Below, piece after piece: positions 30,186 through 38,920 of a stretch of DNA of 64,000 nucleotides. Position 1 is the first letter of the stretch, and each line of letters begins with the position of its first letter. The translations under genes and the position numbers were made by a program. Source of the DNA: a virus; the IMG/VR virus record IMGVR_UViG_3300042691_020932, positions 18,591-82,590 of that record. One strand, given 5' to 3'. The notes beneath the pieces were generated by a model. The model was not told the origin of the DNA. It ran no database searches and saw nothing but the letters and a program-made list of their open reading frames with translations.

Positions 30186-32093
30186 TTACTTTCTTATAAG
30201 ACTTCCGTTTGTGTAACTTGTAGTTGCCGTATAGAATGAAGCAGAACTGTCATAACCAGTTTCAATTTCATCCAACTTCATTTTTAAATCACTGCTATTA
30301 ATATCTAGTTGCAAATAAAGATCCTGTTTTCCAATGACATCATTCGAAAGTGGTATTGCAGAAATTTCAATTATTGAATTTCCATTAGATTTTTTAACTG
30401 TTGAAGCTATATTGATAGGAGACAAATTAATTTCTCCCTTAACATAATCAATGACACCTACAGACTGTTTAACAATTATGGCATCACTGCCTGTTCTTGT
30501 TGCAAAAATAAAAAGAGTTCCTGTTTGCTTATCGGCGTTTGGTATATCTCCAAGATAAACGGTGTCTTGTATGCCGACAATATTAAATCCGGAAGATTTA
30601 ATATTGTATCCACTGGCACTTTTTACATAAAAACTATTTCCATAGCAAATTTCGTATTCTGCTAACTGGTTTACCAAAACATTCAAATCCCTTCTTATAT
30701 TGACTAATGTAATATTTGAAGTTATTGATTGATGACTATCATCAATAATTTTCTGAAATTTGCTATACTTAAATTTAGCTCCGTACTTATTAATCTCAGT
30801 GGAGTTTGCATAAGTATTAATATTATTGTAGATGATAGATCTTATAGAATCTGCATCTGGAGCTAAGTTTCCATTATAGTTTGCAGTAACATCAACTTCA
30901 ACGTATATGTACTTCAGATCTATAAAGTCTACAACTATCCCAGCAACGCTATAATCTCTCAGTTTAACTTTTAGGTTTTCTTTTATAGTTTGTGGAATAA
31001 AAGTACCATTATATGGTTTTACGCTAACGAAGATTCTCCCAAATTCGGGTGGATCTAGAGTTTCTCCTCCATAAACAGAAACTGATTGAGCTTCTGGATA
31101 AATTCTGGGTATAATAACCTCATAGTCTGAGGCAGTAACTGCTCTGTTTTGGGTCGAATAAAATCTTGGAGCGTACTTTTTAATTGAATTGATTGATTCA
31201 ATTTCTTGCCCGCCACTTGATGTAATATTAGTTGTCAGTAAAGAAATGCCAGAAGTTATTGATAACCCAGAATTATCTAATATTCTTCCATTAAAAACAA
31301 ATGAATTAACGCCATTTGCTGATTCTCCATTTGTCACCAAATAAGATGCCTCAATATAATTCAGAGAATCTAATTTTTCTCCAAATACACCATCTCCAAA
31401 AATAAGTTCATATCTTTCATCTTCAACTTCTTGGAGGAAAAAAATCTTTGAAGATGATGTTATAGAAAATAAATTATTTGACTGTACGAACTTTCTTGAT
31501 ACTGAACTTGATTGATTATCTCTTACCGTAACAGTAATAAGTGAACTATCAATATTTGGGTTTGATAGAATAAATCTTTGATTTGCAATTTCTGAAGAAA
31601 CTGTAAAATTGTCGGTTACATAGTTTCCTTCATAAATGGCAATATCTTCAAACAATGCAATTCCATTTACAACAGGAACTGTCACATCACTTAAAATAGC
31701 AAAAGAATATCCTTGATCTCCTATTGTTGGTGTCGTAGCCACTACACCTTTCTTTAATGTTAAAGTGAGGGGATTTGTTGCGAGATCTGTTGTGTCTACA
31801 AAGAATGAGATATTTGCTCTAGATGCGGTTCTAGACTTAGGAATATAACCAATATTTCTTGCAAGAGAAACCACATTTTCTCTTAGGGTTGCACTATCAA
31901 TAAAAACCTCATTGCTAAGCATGTTAGCATTATATGAGGAAATATATGTGTTATACGCTAAGGTATCAATTAAAACTGATAGATTTGATCCTTCGAAGTC
32001 ATAATCAGTAAAATTTGAATTCGATCTAAGGTACTCCTTAATCGAACTTTTTATTTGGTCGAAATCTAGATTTGTAAAATTAACTAATGGCAT
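30186..32093 (-). CDS. gp6: Baseplate wedge subunit gp6
   Basis: LDFDQIK, FTDYDFEGSNLS.LID.LAYNTY, FGDG.FG, QNRAVT..DY. Confidence 0.94.
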   Translation of the reverse strand: MPLVNFTNLDFDQIKSSIKEYLRSNSNFTDYDFEGSNLSVLIDTLAYNTYISSYNANMLSNEVFIDSATLRENVVSLARNIGYIPKSRTASRANISFFVDTTDLATNPLTLTLKKGVVATTPTIGDQGYSFAILSDVTVPVVNGIALFEDIAIYEGNYVTDNFTVSSEIANQRFILSNPNIDSSLITVTVRDNQSSSVSRKFVQSNNLFSITSSSKIFFLQEVEDERYELIFGDGVFGEKLDSLNYIEASYLVTNGESANGVNSFVFNGRILDNSGLSITSGISLLTTNITSSGGQEIESINSIKKYAPRFYSTQNRAVTASDYEVIIPRIYPEAQSVSVYGGETLDPPEFGRIFVSVKPYNGTFIPQTIKENLKVKLRDYSVAGIVVDFIDLKYIYVEVDVTANYNGNLAPDADSIRSIIYNNINTYANSTEINKYGAKFKYSKFQKIIDDSHQSITSNITLVNIRRDLNVLVNQLAEYEICYGNSFYVKSASGYNIKSSGFNIVGIQDTVYLGDIPNADKQTGTLFIFATRTGSDAIIVKQSVGVIDYVKGEINLSPINIASTVKKSNGNSIIEISAIPLSNDVIGKQDLYLQLDINSSDLKMKLDEIETGYDSSASFYTATTSYTNGSLIRK

Positions 32094-32494
32094 TATCGTG
32101 TTGGTTCTAATGCGAACGAGAGTTGTTGTGCGGGAACATCGATCCCAACAATGTTATAAATGACAGTAACGTTAAACTCATTACTGTCATAATTTGGTAC
32201 TACATTTACTTCAATTAAATCAACTCTTGGTTCATAGTTTACAATTGTAAATTCAATCTCATCTTTAATAGCAATTGCAGTATTATCATCTAAGTTTTCA
32301 AATAAAAATCTAGAAATCCTTGATCCAATATTTTCATTAAAAAATCTTTCTCCAGGAGAAGTAAATACAAGATTTCTAATTGAACGAGATATAGCCGTTT
32401 CATTTTTAAGTGCGATTAAGTCATAATTTAAAGGGCTGACCAAAAAGGACATACTTAAGTCTTTAAATCCTATGCTTGTCCTTTCTAAAGGCAT
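32093..32494 (-). CDS. gp25: Baseplate wedge subunit gp25
   Basis: AI.RSIRNLV.T.PGERFF, YEPRV motifs. Confidence 0.93.
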   Translation of the reverse strand: MPLERTSIGFKDLSMSFLVSPLNYDLIALKNETAISRSIRNLVFTSPGERFFNENIGSRISRFLFENLDDNTAIAIKDEIEFTIVNYEPRVDLIEVNVVPNYDSNEFNVTVIYNIVGIDVPAQQLSFALEPTR

Positions 32495-32516
32495 GAAATC
32501 GCACTTAAATCTATCT

Positions 32517-32523
32517 TATTTAT
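32517..32523 (-). promoter_or_regulatory. T4-type late promoter (ATAAATA)
   Basis: Upstream of gp25. Confidence 0.6.
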
Positions 32524-32774
32524 TAGGGTTTTACCTCATATAGGGGTTCCGTACCATAACCCCAGTCATCATAATCCTCATCATTTCTGATTTTAGAGTG
32601 AATTTCATTTTGATGAAAAAAATCGTGTTTTTTGGGAGTTATTTCATCATTTGCAATCTCACGAAGCATCTTTTGCTTCTGAATTTGTTGCTCCCAACCA
32701 TATTCTGAAGACAAATATTGGGTCCCCCACTGGTTTTTCATAAAATTTTGGTCTTTATCAACTTGTTTTGTCAT
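32523..32774 (-). CDS. Hypothetical protein
   Basis: Co-oriented ORF overlapping the upstream gene end. Confidence 0.7.
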   Translation of the reverse strand: MTKQVDKDQNFMKNQWGTQYLSSEYGWEQQIQKQKMLREIANDEITPKKHDFFHQNEIHSKIRNDEDYDDWGYGTEPLYEVKP

Positions 32775-33450
32775 TTTTTGCTCCTGATTCGTTAAAATCA
32801 GAACTTTTTACGGGGTTGCTATCCCGAATTTTTGTAATTTCGTACATAAAATCGTCAGATGTTTCAATTTTTCTACGATTTTCGACAGAATATTCGGTTA
32901 AATCAATTTCATACCCTGGATTTTTGGTAATTCTGTTCTTAGTCCATGCATCATCGTACCATAAAATCTTATTATTTGGGTATGCATAGAAATTTCCATT
33001 ATCCATCTTAAAAAAGTGAGCACATTTATGCTCAGGAGTTTCACTAAAGTTAGTATTCAGTGTAGATTTTGATTCCCACGACCAATCAAGAGTAAAAAGA
33101 TAAGTTCCTTCATTCTTTTCTCCGCGATAATTGATTAATTCGGCCCGTAAGTTAGCAAGTCTCGAACGAATTTGAATGTCAATATAGGGAGAAAAACAAT
33201 CCCACCACATACACTCTTCTAATTCGGGTGCTGGTGCATTTGGTTTCCAACAAAATGCATGAATTGGTCTACGAGTCCAGTTGACTCCATTCTCTAGAAA
33301 CGCCTCAAAGAGGGGTACATGCTTCTCTAAGGACGCTACGGAGTGTACGTCACATAAAGTTACCTCACCATGACCTTTTTTGTGATTGTAGAGGAACTCA
33401 TTACGAATATAACAGGTAATCGTTGGAAGATTATGATTTAGATATGCCAT
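32758..33450 (-). CDS. Conserved phage hypothetical protein
   Basis: MAYLNHNLP...R.EFLY....GHG...PIHAF...WDCFS...Y.FT.DW...EHKC.H...GNF.AYPNN. Confidence 0.8.
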   Translation of the reverse strand: MAYLNHNLPTITCYIRNEFLYNHKKGHGEVTLCDVHSVASLEKHVPLFEAFLENGVNWTRRPIHAFCWKPNAPAPELEECMWWDCFSPYIDIQIRSRLANLRAELINYRGEKNEGTYLFTLDWSWESKSTLNTNFSETPEHKCAHFFKMDNGNFYAYPNNKILWYDDAWTKNRITKNPGYEIDLTEYSVENRRKIETSDDFMYEITKIRDSNPVKSSDFNESGAKNDKTS

Positions 33451-33460
33451 ATTATGATAC

Positions 33461-33485
33461 AAAAAAAGCAGGAGTAAATCCTGCT
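33461..33485 (-). terminator. Rho-independent terminator
   Basis: AGCAGGA/TCCTGCT stem followed by a T run on the minus strand. Confidence 0.7.
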
Positions 33486-33497
33486 CTATCTATAATA

Positions 33498-33641
33498 TTA
33501 ACCTCTACCTTGACCGCGATACCTTTTCTTACGCCCATTACGAGAGGTTGCACTGAGTAGTGTGCGAGCAGAACGTCCTTGACGAGTCTTCTTCGGTGCT
33601 CCGGGTTCGAACACAGTCTTATTACTTCCACCTTTAGCCAT
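33498..33641 (-). CDS. 47-aa highly basic protein
   Basis: Manual translation MAKGGSNKTVFEPGAPKKTRQGRSARTLLSATSRNGRKKRYRGQGRG; GGAGG upstream. Confidence 0.75.
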   Translation of the reverse strand: MAKGGSNKTVFEPGAPKKTRQGRSARTLLSATSRNGRKKRYRGQGRG

Positions 33642-33789
33642 CGTTAATTTCCTCCAGTTCAATTAAATTAGGATCAACATCTTCATCCGAGTAAAAACGC
33701 TCAGCGAAGTCTTGAAGAACCTCACTACATTCTTCGGCAGTGAGGTTCATATAAATTTTACGTCCTTTATAAAGTACGTTATAACTCAT
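33634..33789 (-). CDS. 51-aa hypothetical protein
   Basis: Manual translation MSYNVLYKGRKIY...; TAATG coupling to the upstream gene. Confidence 0.7.
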   Translation of the reverse strand: MSYNVLYKGRKIYMNLTAEECSEVLQDFAERFYSDEDVDPNLIELEEINDG

Positions 33790-34556
33790 TAGATTACGCG
33801 AGTTTTTTCATGTCCGACTCTAATACGAGGATCGCACCAGATTTCGAAGCCCTCTTCCTTTGCATCAAGACAGAATGAAACATCTTCTCCACACATATCT
33901 TGAACTGCTCCAGACTCAAAGACTTGCATCTTAGGCGCAAACCAAGGATATTCAAGTCTCTCAAAAACTCCATTCTTAATCATAACCCATCCAAAACCTG
34001 TATAATCTACAGTGAATGGCTTACGACGCTTTGAAATTGATTCCACAGTTTCATGATTCATCACTCCACCATTCTTACGGAAATCATCCTCTTCTAACCA
34101 GTGTGCGACAGAAGTTGTGTGACCGTCCTCAGTTGCATACCAACCTGCAACGATCTCTTTTTCCTCACCCTCTTCATTGAGAGCAACATCACAGAGTTGC
34201 CAGAACTTTTCACTTGTAAAAACAATATCACTATCAATCCATAGTTGATAATCATATTGTAGTTTTCCATCCCAAGGAACCTGCTTTGGTCCCCTTAGAA
34301 CATTTGCTCCGAGTACTTTACAACGTGCAAAGTTAACCATTGATGAGTAATCTTGCGAAATCTGAATACTCATTCCATTCTGTACTAGATCAAAACAAAG
34401 TTGTACGAATGCTTTGAGAAAAATAAAAGAACATCCTCTACCAGGAAGACAGAAGACAATTGATTTACCTTTCATTCGTTCTTTAATTGCATCATAATCC
34501 CATTCTTGTTCTTTGGGTTTAGGTGCAGTAGCTTTAACAGTGAATCCTTTTGCCAT
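33789..34556 (-). CDS. GT-A-fold glycosyltransferase-like protein
   Basis: NFAR, LWIDSD (DxD), VDYTGFG, GEDVSFC, VGHEK motifs. Confidence 0.75.
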   Translation of the reverse strand: MAKGFTVKATAPKPKEQEWDYDAIKERMKGKSIVFCLPGRGCSFIFLKAFVQLCFDLVQNGMSIQISQDYSSMVNFARCKVLGANVLRGPKQVPWDGKLQYDYQLWIDSDIVFTSEKFWQLCDVALNEEGEEKEIVAGWYATEDGHTTSVAHWLEEDDFRKNGGVMNHETVESISKRRKPFTVDYTGFGWVMIKNGVFERLEYPWFAPKMQVFESGAVQDMCGEDVSFCLDAKEEGFEIWCDPRIRVGHEKTRVI

Positions 34557-34580
34557 AAGTTAAAATAACCTTCAACATCA

Positions 34581-34609
34581 ATTTTAACAGTCTATATATG
34601 CGTTGTCAA
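34581..34609 (-). promoter_or_regulatory. Sigma70-type promoter
   Basis: TTGACA-17 nt-TAAAAT with extended TG. Confidence 0.75.
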
Positions 34610-34614
34610 TTTTT

Positions 34615-34815
34615 CTAGTGTGATGAATTTAGAACCACTTCCTTATTCATAACTAACTCCTCATACTGCAAATCCTCCTTCTGAATATTCATATCAAGAA
34701 ACTCAATCATTCTGTGTAACATCTCCCATGTTTCAGAAAATTTATCCTCTGAAAGGCTGTGATATATGCACCTGTCCTTTGCGTATATGTGATATATCTT
34801 CTCTTCTTTTCTCAT
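34615..34815 (-). CDS. Hypothetical protein
   Basis: Co-oriented 66-aa ORF. Confidence 0.7.
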   Translation of the reverse strand: MRKEEKIYHIYAKDRCIYHSLSEDKFSETWEMLHRMIEFLDMNIQKEDLQYEELVMNKEVVLNSSH

Positions 34816-34837
34816 AAAAAATTTTTTCGGAATTTTT

Positions 34838-35002
34838 TTATCTAGTCATTGCATTATATATCATGACTATCAGTATTCCAAGGGGCACTCCAATAATTCG
34901 GAATACCTTCCCTGGATACCGTATTAACCATCCTGCAAAGACAACCTTCCAGAATCCCCAGTGGGGACCCCTATTCCAATATGGGGTTTTTGCTCTTCTC
35001 AT
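34838..35002 (-). CDS. 54-aa small membrane protein
   Basis: Manual translation MRRAKTPYW...FWKVVFAGWLIRYPGKVFRIIGVPLGILIVMIYNAMTR. Confidence 0.65.
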   Translation of the reverse strand: MRRAKTPYWNRGPHWGFWKVVFAGWLIRYPGKVFRIIGVPLGILIVMIYNAMTR

Positions 35003-35150
35003 ACCTTCCGGAAAATTTTTAAGAGATTGATATAACTTGGTCGATTTGTCACCTCTGTAGGTTAGGGTAGTTTGGGTTTTTTATAACCGCAACGCCGCCG
35101 CGACGATATAAACAATCGGCGCAAAACGCTGCCGATCACTGTTATCACCA

Positions 35151-35190
35151 AGCATAACATAAGTGCCCCTCAGTGTCAACCAAGGGGCAC
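35151..35190 (-). promoter_or_regulatory. Sigma70-type promoter with its -35 in the loop of an 8-bp inverted repeat
   Basis: TTGACA-17 nt-TATGCT; arms GTGCCCCT (35163-35170) and AGGGGCAC (35183-35190). Confidence 0.7.
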
Positions 35191-35201
35191 ACAGTAGACT
35201 A

Positions 35202-35342
35202 TCAGAACTCGATCGTATTCAGTGTCCCCAGACTATCAGTATCCTCAGCAACATTGTCACTGGTGAGATAGTCAAGAATCGACAGAATCTCAGTGCCGTT
35301 ATCACATTCAGCCAGCATCGAGATCATCACAGACTTAGACAT
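35202..35342 (-). CDS. 46-aa acidic hypothetical protein (paralog A)
   Basis: MSKSVMISMLAECDNGTEILSILD...; start reassigned by similarity to its neighbour. Confidence 0.7.
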   Translation of the reverse strand: MSKSVMISMLAECDNGTEILSILDYLTSDNVAEDTDSLGTLNTIEF

Positions 35343-35435
35343 GTTGAGTGTTTGAGTGTTAGTTAGTGTGTGGTGAGTTGGGTATATTTTATGACCCCCC
35401 AATTCATAGGGTCACTGATGCTAACTGTACTGTAC

Positions 35436-35573
35436 TCAGTTAACTGCGAAGACTTCAGCGCAACTATCAATGCCCTCTTGCTCAATGTCAGAGACGATAA
35501 CATCGAGGATGGAGAGAATCTCATCACCAGTGTTACCTTGTGCCAGCATCGAAAGGATAACGGTCTTGGACAT
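35436..35573 (-). CDS. 45-aa acidic hypothetical protein (paralog B)
   Basis: Manual translation MSKTVILSMLAQGNTGDEILSILD... Confidence 0.7.
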   Translation of the reverse strand: MSKTVILSMLAQGNTGDEILSILDVIVSDIEQEGIDSCAEVFAVN

Positions 35574-35642
35574 AATAACGAAGAAAAGTGTAGTGAACTG
35601 TGAGTGCCTAGTTTATACTCATGCGACAGGAGTTGGTGTTAC

Positions 35643-35888
35643 TTAGAAGTCGAACACGTCGCTATTCAGTTGGATCACATTCACCCTAGGGTCAGAGAAC
35701 TTAACACCGTCAGGAGTAGAGTATCCAACACCGATCTCTTTTACGAAGGTTTGGTAATCACCACACTCACGAGCGAGGTTATACAAACCCTCATCATTGT
35801 TGATCCAGAGAGCAACATTCCAGGTCTCATAATTCTCCCAACCGTTATAGGAAATGTCGAGAGCATTGCGTTGGAAAGTGTTAGTCAT
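35643..35888 (-). CDS. Conserved phage hypothetical protein (YNGW.NYETWNV.LWI.ND family)
   Basis: Recurrent phage motif; first gene after repeat copy 1. Confidence 0.8.
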   Translation of the reverse strand: MTNTFQRNALDISYNGWENYETWNVALWINNDEGLYNLARECGDYQTFVKEIGVGYSTPDGVKFSDPRVNVIQLNSDVFDF

Positions 35889-35932
35889 TTGGTAAGTCTT
35901 GAGTGTTAGCGGGGCGGTGAACTTGTGCCCCT

Positions 35933-35961
35933 CATACTATTAGGACACTTTACGGGGCCCA
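35933..35961 (-). repeat. 29-bp intergenic element, copy 1 of 16
   Basis: TGGGCCCCGTAAAGTGTCCTAATAGTATG. Confidence 0.95.
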
Positions 35962-35964
35962 GTA

Positions 35965-36144
35965 TTAGTCACTCACCCTACTTTGAATATCACTGAGAAT
36001 CTCAGCTATCACCTCTACGCTATCCCTATCGTTCTGCTCTAGTTGTTGCATAACGTCTTGCAGTTGTGGTAGGATACTGATGACTAGTTGCGGCACCCTG
36101 ATAATACTCATTTCACCCAAATTCTTATACTTTAGTGGTCTCAT
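35965..36144 (-). CDS. 59-aa putative DNA-binding (ribbon-helix-helix-like) protein
   Basis: Manual translation MRPLKYKNLGEMSIIRVPQLVISILPQLQDVMQQLE... Confidence 0.55.
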   Translation of the reverse strand: MRPLKYKNLGEMSIIRVPQLVISILPQLQDVMQQLEQNDRDSVEVIAEILSDIQSRVSD

Positions 36145-36196
36145 AGTTTTGTTAACATAACTGGGGGTATTTAGGGGGGGTTATGTTAACAAAACT
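36145..36196. repeat. Perfect 17-bp inverted repeat with 18-nt G-rich spacer (operator-like)
   Basis: AGTTTTGTTAACATAAC ... GTTATGTTAACAAAACT. Confidence 0.9.
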
Positions 36197-36208
36197 CACA
36201 TCACTAAA

Positions 36209-36382
36209 TCACCACTTATCAGGACGGCTGAGGTCTTCCACGTATGCCGAAACCTTCTCAGCTGGTTCCAATTTGAATACCTTCTCCCACTCTAATTGAT
36301 GAGGGTCGAAGTCCTCAAAGACTTCAAGTTCCAGAGTGACCCTATAACGCTGCTTCTGGGCTTGACGATATGCAACCGACAT
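36209..36382 (-). CDS. 57-aa hypothetical protein
   Basis: Manual translation MSVAYRQAQKQRYRVTLELEVFEDFDPHQLEWEKVF...; downstream of a sigma70 promoter. Confidence 0.7.
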   Translation of the reverse strand: MSVAYRQAQKQRYRVTLELEVFEDFDPHQLEWEKVFKLEPAEKVSAYVEDLSRPDKW

Positions 36383-36411
36383 AAGTGTGCTCCGTGAGTG
36401 TTACTGAGGAC

Positions 36412-36440
36412 AGTATAAGATGCTGAGGGCATTGTGTCAA
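36412..36440 (-). promoter_or_regulatory. Sigma70-type promoter
   Basis: TTGACA-17 nt-TATACT. Confidence 0.75.
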
Positions 36441-36511
36441 GGTCTGGGGGTATTTATGAGGGGGTTTATATGTGGCGGAGGATGTGTGGGGATTTGATGA
36501 CGCGGGGGTGC

Positions 36512-36540
36512 TTGACATTTCTGGGAGTTTGTGATAGCTT
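36512..36540 (+). promoter_or_regulatory. Sigma70-type promoter, divergent, facing non-coding DNA
   Basis: TTGACA-17 nt-TAGCTT with extended TG. Confidence 0.55.
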
Positions 36541-36730
36541 GCGCGCAAAGATAACAAGACTCTGAGGCATTTAAAGGGCATTAAAAGGGTCTCTAATTGA
36601 TACGAATTCTTATCATTATCACCTCTTAATAACAATAATTATCGCACAAATAAATCACTCAGCTATAATTAAAAAAGGCTTTTTCAAACGTTTTAATACA
36701 TTTTTGACACTAAATCACGTTTTTAGGCAT

Positions 36731-36756
36731 AAAAAAAGACCTCACGAATGAGGTCT
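36731..36756 (-). terminator. Rho-independent terminator
   Basis: AGACCTCA-ttcg-TGAGGTCT plus T run on the minus strand. Confidence 0.8.
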
Positions 36757-36766
36757 CTATGTATAT

Positions 36767-37003
36767 TCAATCAAGTGCTAATCGGTAACGAGCATAATCC
36801 TCTGCATCGCTACGTTTGCGGAATCGTGCTTCTTCTCCTTCAAATCGTAGAGGCAAATACCTATACTTCTTACCTTCCTTAGTCATAACAATTCGGGAGA
36901 ATAGGTGCAGTGAGTAACTACCATCCTCACTTCTTTCCTTCTCTTTCTTGACAATGAAAGGGAGAACTTGTTGATCGTTGAATGACTGTTTAGAGAGTAA
37001 CAT
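36767..37003 (-). CDS. Hypothetical protein
   Basis: Co-oriented ORF ending before the terminator. Confidence 0.7.
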   Translation of the reverse strand: MLLSKQSFNDQQVLPFIVKKEKERSEDGSYSLHLFSRIVMTKEGKKYRYLPLRFEGEEARFRKRSDAEDYARYRLALD

Positions 37004-37017
37004 GACGGAATTGATTA

Positions 37018-37203
37018 TCAGAAACGAATGATAAGTTGATCTAGACCAAAGACATCAGAATCATATGGAGCAGACACTAACTCTACACCTGACTGATAAT
37101 ACATTGGCAAATCATCAAATCCAGAATCACAAATGACGACATCTTGATTGAGTTGATCTTCGGTGAGAGATTGCAGTTGTGAGAGAAGTTCTTTGTAAGT
37201 CAT
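37018..37203 (-). CDS. Hypothetical protein (MTY.ELL..LQ.L..EQL.Q.V family)
   Basis: Recurrent phage N-terminal motif; ATGA coupling. Confidence 0.7.
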   Translation of the reverse strand: MTYKELLSQLQSLTEDQLNQDVVICDSGFDDLPMYYQSGVELVSAPYDSDVFGLDQLIIRF

Positions 37204-37382
37204 TTGGTATAATCAATAATGAGTTGTTCGAGTGTATGAAGCGTCTTTACATTCCAGTTCTTAATATCACCATGAGGAGCATACAGTTTGCTATACCATC
37301 GACCATAAAGTTCAGGATTTAGATGTTGAACTTTCTCTAGAGTGTCAGCAATGAGAAAGTCAATTTGTTCTTGGTAATTCAC
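37200..37382 (-). CDS. Hypothetical protein
   Basis: Co-oriented small ORF. Confidence 0.6.
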   Translation of the reverse strand: MNYQEQIDFLIADTLEKVQHLNPELYGRWYSKLYAPHGDIKNWNVKTLHTLEQLIIDYTK

Positions 37383-37511
37383 TGTACTAATTCAGCAGGA
37401 CTTCCACAGGAGAGATAGAATTGAACCATCCTTTGTGCTTCATCAAGTGTAGGAAAGCTTTGCGTTCTCCATTGTTGTTGATAAGGCGTAAAGTATCGGA
37501 TTGTGAACATT

Positions 37512-37700
37512 TTAGTTTTGATTGTTGGAATAAAGAATGTCTAGCATTTGTTGGTAGTAGTTATCTGCTTCTACCTCACATTGATGAGACTGAGTTGCAT
37601 CTTCAATCTCATATTGTTTCATATTAAGAGAGTGAATCACGTTGTCTAGAAGATTAGTCAGTGCTTCAATCTTTTGTTCGTTAGTCATTACAAACACCAA
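37512..37700 (-). CDS. Hypothetical protein
   Basis: Co-oriented small ORF. Confidence 0.6.
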   Translation of the reverse strand: MVFVMTNEQKIEALTNLLDNVIHSLNMKQYEIEDATQSHQCEVEADNYYQQMLDILYSNNQN

Positions 37701-37842
37701 TCAGCTCCTTCGGGATCGAATAACGTCCAGTTGCTAATATCTTGTGGGATGATATTATCTCGGGCAAAATCTCTTGCTTCTTGTTCAGTCTCAAACTCGT
37801 GAAAGTCGAGAATGTCATCATCGTTTTGGAGAAGATAAGACA

Positions 37843-38160
37843 TCACTTAAGCACCATACCTTCAGTGAAAGGAATTGTGTTGTCATTATCTACAACAAAC
37901 CATTCAAAGTCACGTTGAAAGATACGGGCATCATTTCCGTGAACTTTCAGAATAGCATTGAGACGTGATTTGGTGGTAGGAGTCTTATACCCACAGGTGT
38001 AAAGTTCAAGGAAGGTATCACCAATCGTTGCAATATGATTGCCATGAAGCATAACATATGAAGCATCACGTTCGGGCGAATAAGTTACCTCCGTGTTGTC
38101 ATTTTTCCAGTCAGTGCAATCACAGATTGCTTTGTTCATTTGGGATTCGATCTTTCTCAT
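37843..38160 (-). CDS. Conserved phage hypothetical protein
   Basis: MRKIE..M..AI...W...NT.V...LHGNHIA...TTKSRLNAIL...IFQ.DF.WF; start set downstream of the repeat. Confidence 0.8.
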   Translation of the reverse strand: MRKIESQMNKAICDCTDWKNDNTEVTYSPERDASYVMLHGNHIATIGDTFLELYTCGYKTPTTKSRLNAILKVHGNDARIFQRDFEWFVVDNDNTIPFTEGMVLK

Positions 38161-38178
38161 GGTAGGAAGTGTTGTGGT

Positions 38179-38207
38179 TATACTACTAGGACACTTTGGG
38201 TGGCCCA
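38179..38207 (-). repeat. 29-bp intergenic element, copy 2
   Basis: TGGGCCACCCAAAGTGTCCTAGTAGTATA. Confidence 0.95.
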
Positions 38208-38218
38208 CTATTTGTTAC

Positions 38219-38473
38219 TCAGAACTTTTCGATCCATTGTTGAATCTTTTGCAGTGCAGTTTGTTGATCGTTACACTTACACTTGCGGAACTTGGTAGTG
38301 TTTAATCCCTTGGAAATTAGTTCCAGTTTGCCATCAGCAAGACAGAAGATTCCATAGCGTGAGTTATGAAAAATGTTGTTAATCCATGACTCTTGACTAT
38401 CAGCACTGACCTTAATAAAAGTGGAATTGCGCCCACTTAAAGTGCTATTGTCGATGTGAAGATAAGGGAACAT
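38219..38473 (-). CDS. Hypothetical protein
   Basis: W.N.IFHNSRY motif; co-oriented. Confidence 0.7.
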   Translation of the reverse strand: MFPYLHIDNSTLSGRNSTFIKVSADSQESWINNIFHNSRYGIFCLADGKLELISKGLNTTKFRKCKCNDQQTALQKIQQWIEKF

Positions 38474-38477
38474 AATT

Positions 38478-38660
38478 TCAGAGAGAGAATACTTTATATG
38501 TCACAAGTTGGGAATCTCGATCATACTTTTCATAGGACCAAGTACCTTCGGTTTGTTCAACATAAGAGTGAACATTGTCATTGGAATCTTCTTTCCAAAA
38601 GGCACCAGTTTCAGGTTGGAAGAAATAACCAGAAGCGATAAGTGCGTCAGTGAATGTCAT
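38478..38660 (-). CDS. Hypothetical protein (paralog of 40612-40836)
   Basis: MTFTDALIASGY N-terminus. Confidence 0.7.
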   Translation of the reverse strand: MTFTDALIASGYFFQPETGAFWKEDSNDNVHSYVEQTEGTWSYEKYDRDSQLVTYKVFSL

Positions 38661-38687
38661 TGTGATTTCAGTGTTAAGTAACAATAA

Positions 38688-38894
38688 TCAGGCAGCGATT
38701 GCAGACTCTAGACATACCTCACGGGTTTCCATGATAGCATAATCAAAACCCTCAACTTCTTCTAGGTGCTTTTGATAAGCAACAGCAGCAGAGAAACAAT
38801 CAAACAAGCGGAGAGATTTGAAGTTTTCACCTTCATAATCATAACCACCGATTACAGCGTAGACTTTCATTTCGGACATTTGGGAAGCGTTCAT
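38688..38894 (-). CDS. Hypothetical protein
   Basis: Starts at the ATG of repeat copy 3. Confidence 0.7.
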   Translation of the reverse strand: MNASQMSEMKVYAVIGGYDYEGENFKSLRLFDCFSAAVAYQKHLEEVEGFDYAIMETREVCLESAIAA

Positions 38895-38920
38895 ACTACT
38901 AGGACACTTTGGGTGGCCCA
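38892..38920 (-). repeat. 29-bp intergenic element, copy 3
   Basis: TGGGCCACCCAAAGTGTCCTAGTAGTATG. Confidence 0.95.

Noticed and set aside
33595-33615. GGTTCGA T-loop-like motif suggesting a tRNA
   Set aside because: It lies antisense inside a coding ORF and no cloverleaf forms.
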